A stretch of 64,000 bases of DNA from Octopus vulgaris (Eukaryota), in contig OX597828.1 in assembly GCA_951406725.2 (NCBI GenBank), forward strand, positions 65,472,001 to 65,536,000, in the 5' to 3' direction. Positions 1 to 16,856 of the stretch are shown here, piece by piece; position 1 is the stretch's first letter; each line of letters opens with the position of its first letter. Below the pieces are notes generated by a model. It had not been told where the DNA came from. It saw only the letters and a list, made by a program, of their open reading frames with translations, and did no database searches. The position numbers and the translations under genes were made by a program.

Positions 1-687
1 CCAATACAATGGACATTGGTTTATGTTTCTTTGTAGTAGTTTATTAAAGTTAGTCTTTAATCCAGCCTATAAATGGATTGATTGCTTGAATGAATGAATA
101 CAGTCATTCAGCTTTCACTTTTATATCACACTACGGAAGACGGCAGGGATTATAATTTTTGTATGACTTAATGGATTGGTCGCTGTTTAGTTACGCATTT
201 AAGAGTTGGTTGTAGTTTACGAATTGAATTTATTTACCGATACGGTTGTACATAGGATAAATGTATTTGAAAATTGGTACTCACAGAATTACTGCCGTGC
301 CCTACATAGTTAAGGATGCCCTTTCATAAGGCATAGAGCCCGTTCAGCCACCCTGTAAGGGATATGACAAATTCATAGGACTGCAGTATGGTGGATTGTG
401 AAGCGGAATCAGAAGAGCTCAACTGAGTCAACAGTGCTTCTGAGAGTGATACTGAACGAAAGAATCCTAGAAGATAAATAGGTCAGTATCACCAAGCTAT
501 ATCAAGAGCGGGTGGTATCCATGGTTGTGTGATCAGCTAATTAATTATTCATTAACTGAAAGATTCGGCTGATGAAAAATTCCTTATGATTCAAGTTCTC
601 AAGCTTCCATCAACACAGGTCAACTTGAGGCTATAGTGGAAAACACTTGCCCAAGATGCCACGCACTGGGACTGAGCACGGAAACAT

Positions 688-830
688 AAAATATACTTTC
701 CTTCATTTTCTAGAATGCTCTTCCATCTATCTGGTAGACTTGCAAAGCCCCTCTTCCAAAATTTACTTGTCCGTGACGAAAAATGCTCCTCCAGTACCTC
801 GTCTACAGAGTTCATATTTCTTCCATCCAA
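688..830 (-). mobile_element. mariner transposase C-terminal fragment
   Basis: Minus-strand translation VDEVLEEHFSSRTSKFWKRGFASLPDRWKSILENEGKYI matches the mariner C-terminal pattern (F...GI..L..RW......G.Y). Confidence 0.75.
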
Positions 831-1255
831 TAAGTGTGTGTGCGCGCGCACATGTATGTAGCGTTTTCCGAATAGTCTACGTCTAACAAATTTTATTCTC
901 AGAGCATTGATGACCTTGAGGATACGGCAGAAGTAACCTTCATAAGGTGCTGCGCAATTGAATTGAACCAGCAGCTTTGTGATCGCGAATCGAAAATATA
1001 CGAAGAATTTCAGTAATGACAGAGAAAAAATAACGCATCCTATTATCTTTTTACACAATTGGAAATGAAAACATTCCCTTCGGACTTGTCCATGACGAAA
1101 ATTGTCCATGACGAAATTACAAGGTCTTTTACCCAAAGCCATATTTTATCAACAAATTGGAATTAAAATTAATAGAAACATGAAATTAATTTTAATAGGA
1201 ATATGCAGTAACGAGAAAGTTTGGATTTAGAAAGAATATTATCTTAAAGATTTCA

Positions 1256-1374
1256 AAATTTTCAATTAGTTTTCAAAAAACTTGTACAATTTAATTGAAA
1301 ATACAGTTACGAAAAATTTTCAATTAGTTTTCAAAAGTCTTGTACAATTTAATTGAAAATACAGTTACGAAAAT
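1256..1374. repeat. 60-bp tandem duplication
   Basis: aaattttcaattagttttcaaaa..cttgtacaatttaattgaaaatacagttacgaaaa occurs twice in a row. Confidence 0.9.
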
Positions 1375-1738
1375 CACCATTAGATTGCTACTCTGCCACG
1401 AGAAATTTGAACAGAAACTTTGTAGCCTTTGTGATGAATTTTAACATAGTTGCCGCTTATTTCATAAACTTTACAGGCTGTAAAAACACAGTAAGCCAGG
1501 ATGGGGTTGATAATCAGAATGGAAACTAAGGAAATTATATATGTTAAGACATCATTTTCCACGTTCTTACACGTTCTGCTATTCCAACTCCTTCAGAATC
1601 GGAATATTAATTCTTTGTTGGTCAAATAGGAGAAAAAAATTCTCATGGCATTTTTCATCAACGTCTTATGACATTAATTAAATTATTACAAACTGAGAGA
1701 GCATTTCTCTTTGTCTGAGTGTGTTTGTATGTTTATGG

Positions 1739-1739
<1 letters not shown>

Positions 1740-1830
<91 letters not shown>

Positions 1831-1836
1831 GTGTGT
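1740..1836. repeat. (TG)n microsatellite
   Basis: Read directly. One of dozens of (TG)n/(TA)n/(GATA)n/(TAA)n/(CT)n tracts in the window. Confidence 0.98.
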
Positions 1837-2829
1837 TATTCATGAAAGTGACAGGTTCAAAGAAACGTTCTAAGTCCATTTAAGACTGAAAAAAACTGAG
1901 AGAAACAAATGTGAAAGTGGAAATGTGTGTGCCCCATTTACACACACCAACTGATAACAGGGACACGCACACTCGCTCACATACATATACACCTATAAAC
2001 ACACACAACGTTTATGCATGAACACATAAAATGCACACGAGCGCAACGCACATAAACACACACATGCATGCACGAACACACCCAAAAGGATTTTGTCTAT
2101 TTATTTATTTCGACAGAGATTAAATTGACGAGGAACACTGTACCAATAAAGCAACTTAAACCGTCCAAAGGACGGATGCGGTTGCTAGTATTTATAATTT
2201 GAAACTAATATTTAACTGTTTTCTTTATTTTATGAATCTCAAAAAGACGAAGGTCAGAAAAAAAGGCAATGTAACTACTTTGATTTTCTACCCTTGCTAT
2301 ACGTGAAAAACTTCCTTAATTTCTTTAGCATTACAATTGCTATAGCAATATTGCCATTTCCTATGAAAATGAGATAAACTTTGACAGGTGACAGAAAAAA
2401 AGTGACAGAAAAGGTCGAGAAAGTGAACTTAAGTTTAAAGATTAAGACAAAAAAAAAAAGATGAGGTGATGGCAGTAACTAAAAGCTGCAGAGAACGAGC
2501 TGTGGATTTTAGGTATTCTTCAGAATTGATCTTCATAATGTAAATACAGTAAATTTTAAAGATTTTATTTTAATTTTAGATCGATCCCAAATGTTGCTGA
2601 GTGTTTTAATTACAAAACTAGAAACATTTATTTAAATGATCATCGTATATAAGACAAGCGTTGTATATACGATACTTTTCGCGTACAAGATATGCACTGT
2701 GTATAAAATAATCACTCTAAAGCGACAAATCTGAGTTTAGTCACAATTAGATTTACTAAAGTCGATTGTAATAATGGAATCAATGGAATTAATTAAATGG
2801 AAAGAAACCAAGTATTGGTTTATTGAGAA

Positions 2830-3995
2830 TAGTGTCTTTTACGGTCTGTTATAGCTTTGGTTCTATTAGTTCCATCAGCTTGCATAATGTCTTTCTTTCT
2901 CGAACAAATGTACACAAAATTAGAGATGAAATACGACTGGTTTATTCTCTATTTGTATCACCTTTGCTACAAATAACAACGCCATTTTGTCATGCCTAAT
3001 ACCTTTACTATGTTTCGAATGATGCGGAATTATTTCATGTTCGTTCTTTTGAGAGAGGTTTTACTAAAGTCCTCTCCCATACAACTTTATTTAAAGAACT
3101 CCGCTTTGATTCCCTTTAATGAAACCGTTGCTCTCCGAGTTCTCAGTGTTGTTTGGTTTCTATTCTTTAAGGAGTTTGGTTTTGGTTCTATGTTACAATT
3201 GATTCCTGGGGTTGAGTCAGTTGAAGTTATTAGGTCGATTACAAGTTACGTATATATATATATACGTTTTTTTTTAAGTGACCCTTAACTTTTGGCCGCA
3301 GCAATTTGGAAGATTGCTTGTTTATTTCCTCTTAACTTACGAAATCTTTATTTCATTCACTTGATATTTTCACGGGAGCTAGATATTATATCTATCTAAA
3401 TATGTGTAAAATATCTATAGTCTCGACATGTTGTTAATCCTCTATGATAACTATTTCAATACACTTGTTCTTACTCACCCTTATATTATGGCCGCTACTG
3501 TATTTAATATATAACACATTCGTTTGTGTGTCCCATGTATTCAGGTCGACACTATTCGAACAATTCTTTGATCAAAAGGATTCTGCCCTGACTATAATCT
3601 GTTTCCCAAACATAGTGAACTCATCCTCAAATTAGAGAATGGGTCCTTTCTTTCGAAAACGATAGCGTCTTATTTGAGCAAGATGTTATTGTTGTTTCTC
3701 GAAGGGAAAAAGGGGGAAAATATTGGGAATATATTGAAGGTGTATATAAAAACTATCCTCTTAAAGTGGAAACTATTTAGATAAGAATCTTGTCTTTCTG
3801 AAAGTTTAAGTCAGATACGAGAATGACAATGAATTACTGAAGAGATCTAATAAGACTGAAACATGTCCTGATTTGTCAAAGATCAGACTACCCTCCCCTC
3901 ATTACATCAAGTTGGACTTCCGTGTGTCAACCTATTTCAAACGTTATTTTATTAACTTTTGAGTTGTTACCGTTGCCACATAAATACTGTTCGGC
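2830..3995. mobile_element. probable degenerate Penelope-like element remnant
   Basis: Non-coding, moderately complex sequence with a hammerhead-like motif at 3832-3873 and a weak GIY-YIG-like trace on the minus strand near 3000-3100. Confidence 0.3.
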
Positions 3996-4006
3996 AACCT
4001 CAACGT

Positions 4007-4315
4007 GGAGGCACATGGCCTAGGGGATAGAGCAGCTGACTCGCAGTCGAGGGATTGTGGGTTCGAATCTCAGACCGGGCGATGTGTGTGTTTATGAGCG
4101 AAACACCTAAGCTCCACGCGGCTCCGGCAGAAGGTAATGGCGAACTTCTGCTGACTCTTTTGCCACAACTTTCTCTCACTCTTTCCTCCTGCATCTTGCA
4201 GCTCACCTGCGACGGACCGGCGTCCCGTCCAAGTGGGGAACCTATACGCCAAGAAACCGGGAAACCGGCCCTTATGAACCAGGCATGGCTCGAGAAGGAA
4301 TAAACAACAAAACAA
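4007..4315 (+). mobile_element. tRNA-derived SINE (family C), full length
   Basis: A box TGGCCTAGGGG, B box GGTTCGAATC, (CAA)n tail, 12-bp TSD caacctcaacgt (3995-4006 / 4316-4327). Second copy at 8545. Confidence 0.92.
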
Positions 4316-4778
4316 CAACCTCAACGTCTCTGTATAATCTTGCTTCATTAAACTGGTCGTGCTTACCACGTTTAATACATTAACGCTTACTTTAATATTT
4401 AAGACAATCTTGTATTGAATTTTTAAGATTTTTGTTTTCGCGGTACGGTACCTGTGTCTGCGATATTAGAAATGCTAAACACCATTTTAATCATGACTTT
4501 CCTATGGTTACCATATAAATTTCATAAAAAGTAGCTGAAAGTTTTCAAAAGTTAGGGATTTTATTTCAAAGTAACTCAAAATGAGAAAAAAGCTATAGGT
4601 TACTTTTAATGTATTTAGTTGATAAAAGCCCGATTTAAAAAAAAGAAAAGAGTAAAAAGAAATAGCGTACAGTTCTGGAAAGCAGCGAATGTCGTTATTT
4701 GCGACCTAATCTAGCAACACTTGGCTTTTTCCATGCATTCGCCCCATATTTCTCTCTTTTTCTCTCTTTCTCTTTCTT

Positions 4779-4817
<39 letters not shown>

Positions 4818-5366
4818 CCATCTTTCTCTGTCTCTCTTTCTGCCTCTTTTTCTCTCGTTCCCTCCCTTTCACTCCTCTCTCTTTCTTTCTCTCTCTCTCC
4901 CTCTTTATCTATCTATCTCTATCTCTCCTCCTCCCTGCTAAACCGCAAGATTCAGTTTTTTGTTCATCGTTAGTGGAAATCTTTAAAACAATACCTGAAG
5001 TCATATGTTTCGGCAAAAACTTTTTTTTTCCTTTTAATATGAAGCAGATCAGTCTCTGTAGTTTTGATATCTAATTAGTAGGCATTCAATCTGCCGCGCA
5101 CACATTATATCAACATAAATAGCTGCAAAACATCAATATTGTTAAGCTTAATAGAATGGACTTCAACCTTAATATTTTCTCCATATTCTGAACAAAAACT
5201 AAGACCAGAATAATTGGAACACGGTTACATGCAGCTATACTTTTTTTTATTGTAAATTCATATAATTAAGATTAGCAACAGAAAAAGAACAGATAAAGGA
5301 ACACGATTTTTCGAAGGTGATCAATATGGATTTTAGGTGAGTTATTTTAATATAAGTAAGTTATAA

Positions 5367-5825
5367 GTCAGCGAGCTGACAGACACGTTAGCACGCCGGG
5401 CGAAATGCGTTGCCATATTTCGTCTGCCGTTACGATCTGAGTTCAAATTCCGCCGAGGTCGACTTTGCCTTTCATCCTTTCGGGGTCGATAAATTAAGTA
5501 CCAGTTACGCACTGGGGTCGATATAATTGACTTAATCCGTTTGTCTGTCCTCTCTGTGTTTAGCCCCTTGTGGGTAGTAAAGAAATATATTTTAATATAG
5601 GTAAGTTATAAGTCAGCGAGCTGGCAGAATCGTTAGTGCGTCGGGCAAAACGCTTAACAGCATTTCACCCGTCTTCACCTTCTGGGTTCAAATACCGCCA
5701 AAATCAACTTTGCTTTTCATCCTTTTGGGGGTCGGTAAAATAGGTACCAGTTACGCACTGGGGTTGATGTAATCGACTTACCACGTCCCTAAAACTGGCT
5801 GGCCTTGCGTTAAAATTTGAAACTA
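5367..5825 (+). mobile_element. two tandem tRNA-derived SINEs (family A, Meta/MESC-like core)
   Basis: Head gcgagctggcagaa..gttagc, B box GAGTTCAAATT, core gcctttcatcctttcggggtcgataaa..agtaccag. The flank tattttaatata.gtaagttataag is duplicated. Confidence 0.9.
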
Positions 5826-5860
5826 ATATAAGTAACTTGCTCTACAAGCATTTGCTAAAG

Positions 5861-6089
5861 AATAGAATGCATATCTGAAAATTACTGCAACAATGCTACA
5901 CACAAAGACCTCGTATAAATCAAGTAATGGTGAATCCCAATAGAGAAGTAGAGTACATTTATAAGTGGGTACTTGTCAGCAGAACCAGACTTCCATCCAA
6001 TAACTGAAACTGATTCTACTATTACGATAAACACACAAATAGTTGCCACTGGCAATCAAAGTTTTATTCTCATTCAAGCTTCTTGTAAG
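5861..6089 (+). pseudogene. REJ-domain-like exon relic
   Basis: IECISENYCNN / MVNPNREVEYIYKWVLVS / EPDFHPITETDSTITINTQIVATGNQSFILIQASCK|gtaata in shifting frames, resembling the REJ I.C..NC..VNP...Y.W pattern. Confidence 0.4.
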
Positions 6090-6677
6090 GTAATATCAGG
6101 TACTTAAATGGTAACATGCAGAATGTAGAAATCGAAATTAACGAAAGCTTATTTTGAAATAATCGATGCGTAACAAATTTCTTTCAGAGAACTAAGAGAA
6201 GTACATTATTAAACATCACTTGTATTCTACCTTGATATTGCTAAGAAGATTAAACAAGTTAAGAAGCAAGGTAAAGAACAAGTTGAAAACAATGCGAAAA
6301 AAGTAAGTCCAACCACACGTGATCGGGAACAACAGTTGTAGGAAAGATAAAAGCAACGTCAAATACAAGTCTTCTTTTACACAAAACTGCTTGAAATATT
6401 TAGCGTCTTCCTCAGTCTTCCTCTTCCTCAGTCTTCCTCTTCCTCACTTTCTCATTCTCTTTCTTTCTCAATCTCTCTCTTTCTCTCTCTCTCTTTCTTT
6501 CTCTCTCTCTCTTTCTCTCTCTCTCTATCACCCAAACACACACACTCACAAGTACACATACAAACATACAAATACACACACATACACGCACACATATATA
6601 TATATATATAAATATATATATACATATACATATATACATGCTTGTATGTGTGTCATACGTAGATATGCATGTATGTG

Positions 6678-6729
<52 letters not shown>

Positions 6730-7034
6730 TGTGTGTGTGTGTGTGAATGTCTTGCAATAAAGTCGCCATTTTGAAATGAGCCATTGCCAATGTTTGAAAG
6801 CAGATCCTGATGCCATAACAAAGTCTGAAGTCTGAGTTTCTCTTGGCATAAAGTAAAGATGAGTCATGTTCAGAAATGTTGGAAAACTGCAACCTGCTTT
6901 AGAGGAAGAATTGAATAGAATTGTTATGAAGTAGAGAAACGTCATCGACTGATTCTCTTTCTTTTTCAATCTTCCATTAATATCCCTCTCTCACACACAC
7001 GAACGCAGTTTTTCACTATTCTGTCATGATATAC

Positions 7035-7070
<36 letters not shown>

Positions 7071-7072
<2 letters not shown>

Positions 7073-7348
7073 GTTTCTTTATTGGCCACACAGGGCTGCA
7101 CACAGATGGGACAAGTTACAAGGTAGAGCTTTTCTTTTGGGGAATGAAAAAAACAAAAAACAAAAGAAACAAAAAAAAGGGGTGGCGTGGGTTTTCGATC
7201 AAGAGGGATCGTAAAAGGGAAGAAAAGAACAAAAAAAATAAAAGAAAAAAGAAAAAAAGAAAAAGAAAAAAAGAAGAAAAGGAAAAGGAACAAAAGAAAA
7301 GAGAAATGAAAAAAAGAAGAAAAAAGGGTAAGAGGAAAAAAACGATCA

Positions 7349-7350
<2 letters not shown>
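7071..7350 (-). mobile_element. retroposon 3' end inserted in (GATA)n
   Basis: Minus strand ends gcagccctgtgtggccaataaagaaac+(tatc)n, with (GATA)n on both sides. Related 3' end at ~19300-19565 (+). Confidence 0.6.
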
Positions 7351-7412
<62 letters not shown>

Positions 7413-7462
7413 GTAGGTAGGTAGGTAGGTAGGTAGGTAGGTAGGTAGGTAGGTAGGTAGGT

Positions 7463-7575
<113 letters not shown>

Positions 7576-8544
7576 CAGTATATATTAGGAAAGCAGTTGA
7601 AATTAAAATTTCACATAGAAAGTTATATTTTCGAAAAGTTAGTACGTGGTTTGAAATACCATGGAAGATAAAGAATAGTTTATTTTTTCATCGTTGCACA
7701 TTTAAATTACTTTATTTCTATAATATTCTAGTTCTATGCTCTGTAAATTAGCCTCTTAATTTTAATGTTGGAATATATGTCAAGTTTTATAAAAATTAAC
7801 ATTCTGATCCATAGACAAATTTTTATCCGATCTATAGAGTAACATTTTAAAGCAATGGAGAAGCACTTTTTACCCATTAATAGATATAGTAAAATCTTTA
7901 ATAGACATTTAATAAAATTTTCATATTCCACCACGCCAAATCTAACCGATAAAATAACCGCAATTAACCAATATATCGCAATCTAGTAAAGATGATACTA
8001 CTCCAGTTGTGTTCTCGTCAAATAGCAGTAATAATAGTGATTCAAAAAATAATGACTCTTCAGTTAATATCCCTAATAACGTGACAGTAAGGACTTTACT
8101 AAGTTCCCTTTGAATAACCAATGTCTGAGAACAGGTTATATAAATGTCTTAGAATAAATTATATAAACGTTCAGGCATGACATAAATTAAATACATTACA
8201 TAAATTAAAGTACATAAATTAAAGTACATTACATGCCGTTGCAACCCATTTTATATTTAGATCATGTATATTTCTTAATAAATAAAACAAAAGCACTTAG
8301 AACAACGCAAGATAAATTTATTCGGGACATCAAACGATGAGCACTTTCCCCAATATCGGAGTCAATAATAGATATTGCTCTTCCGTACAAAGTGAACAGA
8401 GTTACTTGTAACCAGCGTTCTACGGACATTGGTTTTTACAATAATGATTTCTTACTTTGGCATGTCACGTGTTTTAGAGGATAGAACAATCGATTACACT
8501 GACTTCAGTATTTTAATATTTTATGAACTCCAAACGATAATATT

Positions 8545-8849
8545 GTGGAGGCAGATGGCCTAGGGGGTTAGAGTAGCGGACTCGCGGTCGAGGGATCGCG
8601 GGTTCGAATCTCAGACTGAGCGATGAGTGTGTTTATGAGCGAAACACCTACGCTCCACGCGACTCCGGCAACTTCACGCGAACTTCTGCTGACTCTTCCA
8701 CCACAACTTTCTCTCACTCCTTCCTTCTGCATCTAGCAGCTCACCTGCGACGGACCGGCGTCCCATCCAGGTGGGGAACCTATACGCCAATGAAACTGGG
8801 AAACCGGCCCTTATGAGCCAGGCAGGGCTCAGAAAGGAACAAACAACAA
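8545..8849 (+). mobile_element. tRNA-derived SINE (family C)
   Basis: Homologous to 4007-4315. 14-bp TSD caaacgataatatt (8531-8544 / 8850-8863). Confidence 0.92.
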
Positions 8850-9671
8850 CAAACGATAATATTACTGGAAGAGACAAATATATTTCGAAGTAATTCCTCT
8901 AATTTTATTTGAAATAGGTCTTTCAAAATATAACCATCTTGTCAACGGCCCTGTAGTATCCCTTATTTATAATCCTTAATCATTAATGTAGAACTTAATG
9001 AACTAAATTTTCCCGCGTTTGTGTCAGAATTGTGTTAGATGCAGATTATAAAGTTTCTGTTTTGTTTAAGATAACGTTTAGGTTTCTGGTTATATTCCAT
9101 TGTTTTATGTATTAAGTTCATTCTATACCAGCAACAATCATATTTTTACACATATTTTTTCAAATTTAAACATTTCGATCCTAACAAATTTGGAATTATC
9201 CACAATTCCAGATTAGATGCAGCAGAGGTTCAAACTATTGAAATCTCTGGAGTTGAAGGAATATCCTGTACCAGAAATGCATTTCAATCACTTTTTGTTA
9301 TCTTATTGTCATGTTAGCTTTTGTGTAAGAATGGAATTGGAATAATTTTATTGTCTTAAAATGGGTTCTTTTCTGTTTATACTTTCTGCAAGTGGCTTCT
9401 ACATATTCAAGATATTCTGTTTGTTCTTCTTCTTAAAAGCCAAGGAAAGATGTAATGAAACGTTAACAGATTTCTTCATTACGCCGTCCCCAATATTGCC
9501 ATCTTCAGAAACACCTTGTTTCCATTTTAGTTCCATTCTCAACCCATTGCACACTCACTTCTATTCTTTCTTACCCTTCTGCCGTTGCATCTTCTTCTTC
9601 TTCTTCTTCTTCTTCTTCTTCTTCTTCTTCTTCTTCTTCTTCTTCTTCTTCTTCTGCTGCTGCTGCTGCTG

Positions 9672-9705
<34 letters not shown>

Positions 9706-9779
9706 AACCACTGCTGCTGCTACTTCTATAAATAAAAATAATAATAATGTTTCGTATTCTTCTTCTACTACTACTACAA

Positions 9780-9871
<92 letters not shown>

Positions 9872-9886
9872 TAATAATAATAATAA

Positions 9887-12305
<2,419 letters not shown>

Positions 12306-12875
12306 AATACCACTTCTACTACTACTACTACTACAACACTACTAATACTACGACGACCACCACCGCTATCACCACCATTATTACTAGAACTAGACTATAA
12401 TCCTTATTATAACTGTTTTCGTTTTTTTTTTCCTTTACCTGTCACATCACTTCTCCTATATGCTTATCTTTGACATCTTTAAAATGTATGAAAGACTTCT
12501 TTAATAGATTTATGTTTTAATCCATCACGAATTAATTCTATTTTGTCTTCTTTTCTATTTTCCTCTAGCTCAAAATAAATCAACAATATATTAAAGATGG
12601 CTGACTTTAATAATATATTTCATGCAATGGTCGCTCGGAAATGTGCTTATTATTTGTGACAATAGTTAATAACTGTAATTAACGTCAAGAGACATATTTA
12701 CAGCTACTTATATCGCTCCGTCAATTAACCTGCACGCTATATATCAGCAGTACGCCATGCACAAGTTTTCCTTGTTGATAAAAAATTGAATTTATCAATT
12801 TTAAATTTATTCGTTTTTTCCGCAAACAGATTTAAACACATTTATTCGAGGAAATCCAGAATTTTAGAACGATCA

Positions 12876-13818
12876 AATAGAAATCGTTTCACATATTTAT
12901 TTCACAGGAATCTAAATCCCATTCAAAATTTGATATTGGTTTCTTTCCGACAAGGTACAAATATCCGATATTTTACGCGAATGGAAATGAGAAATAAGAC
13001 ATGCATGGCTTTTCCAATAAAGTATTCCTTTGATTAATGACTTAACCAGAGAAGGTGGAGATCGATGTAGAAGAGGAGCTAAATCTTCTTAAGTGAGAAT
13101 GAAAACCCTTTGAAATCAAATGAGATCTCAATCTTTGAGAAAGAATGTGCATTAGGAATTAAGGGTCCAATGGTCAGTTTCAGAAGGACTTATTAGTCAG
13201 TTAAAAGTAATTCAATTGATCGGTTAAATCGGGTTTTGTTGGTCAGTTAAATAGGGATCTATTCTGTAAGAATATATCTATATAAAGAAAACATGCGCGT
13301 CCTTCTCCTAAACAGATTCTCCAATTGAGGCAGTCTCGATTTGGTTTAAATTCGTTGTGTATCTTTTACAGGTTTCAGTCATTGAACAGCGGCCATGCAG
13401 GGCTTAATGAAACAATTCGACTTCAGTACTAATTTTTTAAAACCGCGAACTTATTCTATCAGTCTCTTTTTGCTTGACCGCTAAAGTGACGGAGGCGTAA
13501 ACAAAGCAGCACCGGCTGTCAAGTAGTAGTGAAGAACAAACACAAACACGAAGACATACATAGAGATATACGCATACACACACACTAACATACACATACA
13601 TATACGCATAGGAATATGTATGTGTATGTGTGTGTGTTTGTTATTTTTGTATTATAACTATTTTTTAACTGAAGAATTTCTTATTAGAAATTCTTTACAT
13701 GTCTATTTAACATGTAAATCTTTATGACTCCTATTAGCAAATGAAACACGTGTAATGGAGAATAAATAATATCAAAAGATTTCTATTTTCCTATTTTATT
13801 GTAAATATGTGTGTGTGA

Positions 13819-13913
<95 letters not shown>

Positions 13914-14466
13914 TGTGTGTGTACTGGTGACTGGACAAGCGAAAGAAGCACTCCAGACATTATGTAGGAGTTACATTTACTATTATTTAAAAGTTGGAAG
14001 AAGGGGAATAAAATGGTTGAAGGATGAGTAGAAATAATATAATTAGCCCCTTCTCAGCTTGATAATCCGGTTCATCAATCGGATTACCAAGCTAAGGCCG
14101 GGATAATTATCGTATCAAATTCTTTCTGCTCTTCTTTCGTCCATTTTCTCCCTTTCTTGCTATATTTCTCTTGAAACATAAGTTAATGCTGCAATCTTTT
14201 CGTATAAGTATAGAAATATAAATAAATCTAAGAATAGAAAACGTTTCACGTATTTATTTCACAGGAATCTAAATTCCATTCAAAATTTGATATTGGTTTC
14301 TTTCCGACAAGGTAGAAATATCCGATATTTTACGTGAATGGAAATGAGAAATAAGACATGTATGGCTTTTCCAATAAAGTATTCTTTTGATTAATGACTT
14401 AACCAGAGAAGGTGGAGATCGATGTAGAAGAGGAGCTAAATCTTCTTAAGCGGGAATGAAAACCCA
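12876..14466 (+). repeat. ~230-bp direct duplication (12876-13108 / 14232-14466) containing a PLAT-like exon relic
   Basis: Two highly similar copies of aatagaaa.cgtttcac.tatttatttcacag|gaatctaaat...aatgaaaaccc. Confidence 0.9.
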
Positions 14467-15054
14467 CATTGTAATCCAAGTATTCGGAATAATTGACTGA
14501 GATGAATTTTTATCTATAATAAGAAATTGCATTTTACACAAATTATTTAGAATCGATTCTAATATAAAGCAAAATTGAAGTTTTTAGCTCCTTAAATAAC
14601 ATCAACCAACCTATAAGATGTGTTTCTCTTTCTATTTCAATGAAATTTAAACTTTTCCACCGGAAAAAAAACCGTCGACTTAAGATTTCAGAGATAGATA
14701 TATGTAAGAGGAGAATTACATTGCATTGGGAAATAAGATGAATATTATTTAAAATTCCATGTAACAAGTAAGATATGTTAAATCAATTGAATTGTTCCCT
14801 TTTGTTTTGATTTATTTCCTTTGTTTGAAAATATTGAATTTGCTCAATTGTCCAGGGACAAGCAGATACAAAATTAATTTGATAAATCTAAAACTTCATC
14901 TTCACAAATTTATTTGAAAGCCAGCTCTGATATTCAAAGAAACCATTGCCTCAGATTGGGAAATCATTATAAACGGTAAAATACTGAGAGCTGAAGTATT
15001 GTGTTTACTTACATTCATACTAATCCTTCTGTCTTTCCCAATGAAATTCATTTA

Positions 15055-15131
<77 letters not shown>

Positions 15132-15624
15132 ATAATCTATAACTATATAGTTTTTCCATTTGTCTCTTTAATTTTCTGCAATGTTTATCTCGGTATCATT
15201 TCTTTCTGTCCACCCCTATTCGTTAATCCTATTTACTCCTCTAATCCTACATTTTAAATAGTGTGATTATCCAAAGTTATACGTAAACTAAAGGATTAAG
15301 GGAGATCAATATTCCATATTTGCTTTGATTTTCTATATAGATATTTATATATTTTGCATTGAACATAATAAGAATTTTATTATGTATATATTTTGATAAA
15401 TATCTTACGCCACAAAGTTATAAACAAATCTTTTTGACCATACTCAAAAGTATGTAGTCTTTTACACTTCAGTCCAGAAGAAGCAGGAAACAGAAAGCAA
15501 CAAGCTCACAAAAAGGTGAGAACATAAACTTACAGTACACCACTATCTCGGTAAATGGTTCGAATTCTGCCAGGGTTGTCTTAGAGTTTCGTGAATCAAA
15601 CATCAATGGATGCAAATATGGTTG

Positions 15625-15990
15625 ACGTATTGCTTCTCAACCACATGGTTCCAGGTTCAGTGCCACTGCGTGGTTCCTTGAGCAAGTGTCTTCTACTGTA
15701 GCCTCGGGACGACCAAAGCCTTATGAGTCGATTTGGTACACGGAAACTGAAAGAAGCCCGTTGTTTTTGTGAGTGTGTGTGTGTATCTCCCACCATCGCT
15801 TGACAAGCGATGTTGCTGTGTTTATGTCACTGTAACTTAGCGGTTCTACAAAAGAGACCAATAGAATAAGTACTAGGCTCAACAAATATGTCCTGAGGTC
15901 GATTTGTTCGACTAGGACCCTTCAAGGTGGTGGCACAGCGTGGCTGCAGTCAAATGACTGAAACAAGTAAAAGATAAAGGATAAAAGAAA
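15625..15990 (+). mobile_element. tRNA-derived SINE (family B)
   Basis: catggttcc.ggttcagt.ccactgcgtgg..ccttg.gcaagtgtcttct core, internal (TG)n, tail aatgactgaaacaagtaaaagataaa. Confidence 0.88.
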
Positions 15991-16444
15991 TTCTAATGGG
16001 TTTGCAAGGCCCGCAAGTGAAAATATAAACTCTTGATATATAGTCTTTGTGAGATGGCTTCAAATCCCAATTGAAAGTGTTTGATTTTAAGTAAAATCAA
16101 GGTTGGCATAGGGTTAAATAACACTAATTTGTTTAGATCTGCTTTATACGTGTAAGTCGGCTAATTAGCTAAGTGGCTAAGTGGATGAGGTCAACTTTAC
16201 TTTCTTATTTTCGAGGTCGATAAAAGGACTCACAAATCAAGAGTAGGTGTGTTGCTGAAATCGTCAGAACATAAGATGGGATGCCTTGTCTTCCGCTAGA
16301 ACATCATCGGTGGTGTGGAAAGGGGGAATTTGCATGAATGGGCAAAAATCTTCCATGAAAAACTTTGACCGGGTTTACTTCTGGTGCAAAATCTCGTAAC
16401 CGTATGTGAGCTCTAGTCTGTATGTCTATGCCGCGTAAAATATA

Positions 16445-16660
16445 GCTTTCAGGTTTGGACAAAAGGCCAGCTATTTCGGGGATGGGGTGTTGGTCGATTA
16501 CATCGACACCATTGCTCAACTGGTACTTATTTTACCGACTCCGAAATTATGAAAGGCAAAGTCGACCTCAGCGGAATTTGGACTCGGAACGTTAAGATGG
16601 ACGCAATGCCGCTAAGCATTTTTACCCGGCGTGCTCATGTTCTGCTAGCTCGCTGTTTTT
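16445..16660 (-). mobile_element. SINE family A (diverged)
   Basis: Reverse complement of the family A core and head. Confidence 0.8.
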
Positions 16661-16700
16661 ATGCCACATAGAACATAGATAACCATTCCGTGTAATAAAC

Positions 16701-16856
16701 CAGTGAATAGATATAATTCCTTCTCTTCAAGTATATTTCTTACAGAATAATAAACATCGAATACAGTCATCCCACCCCCGGTTGAGATGAATATATTCGA
16801 TGTTTATTATTCTGTAAGAAATATACTTGAAGAGAAGGAATTATATCTATTCACTG
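16701..16856. repeat. perfect 63-bp inverted repeat (foldback)
   Basis: 16701-16763 is the exact reverse complement of 16794-16856. The spacer is partly self-complementary. Confidence 0.95.

Noticed and set aside
1-2800. Possible additional 5' exons of the polycystin-like relic (e.g. 380-540, 903-1012)
   Set aside because: Exon-like composition but no motif I can assign.
4007-4080. tRNA gene
   Set aside because: A and B boxes are present, but it is the head of a SINE with body, tail and TSD, and there is no acceptor-stem closure. The same applies at 8545.
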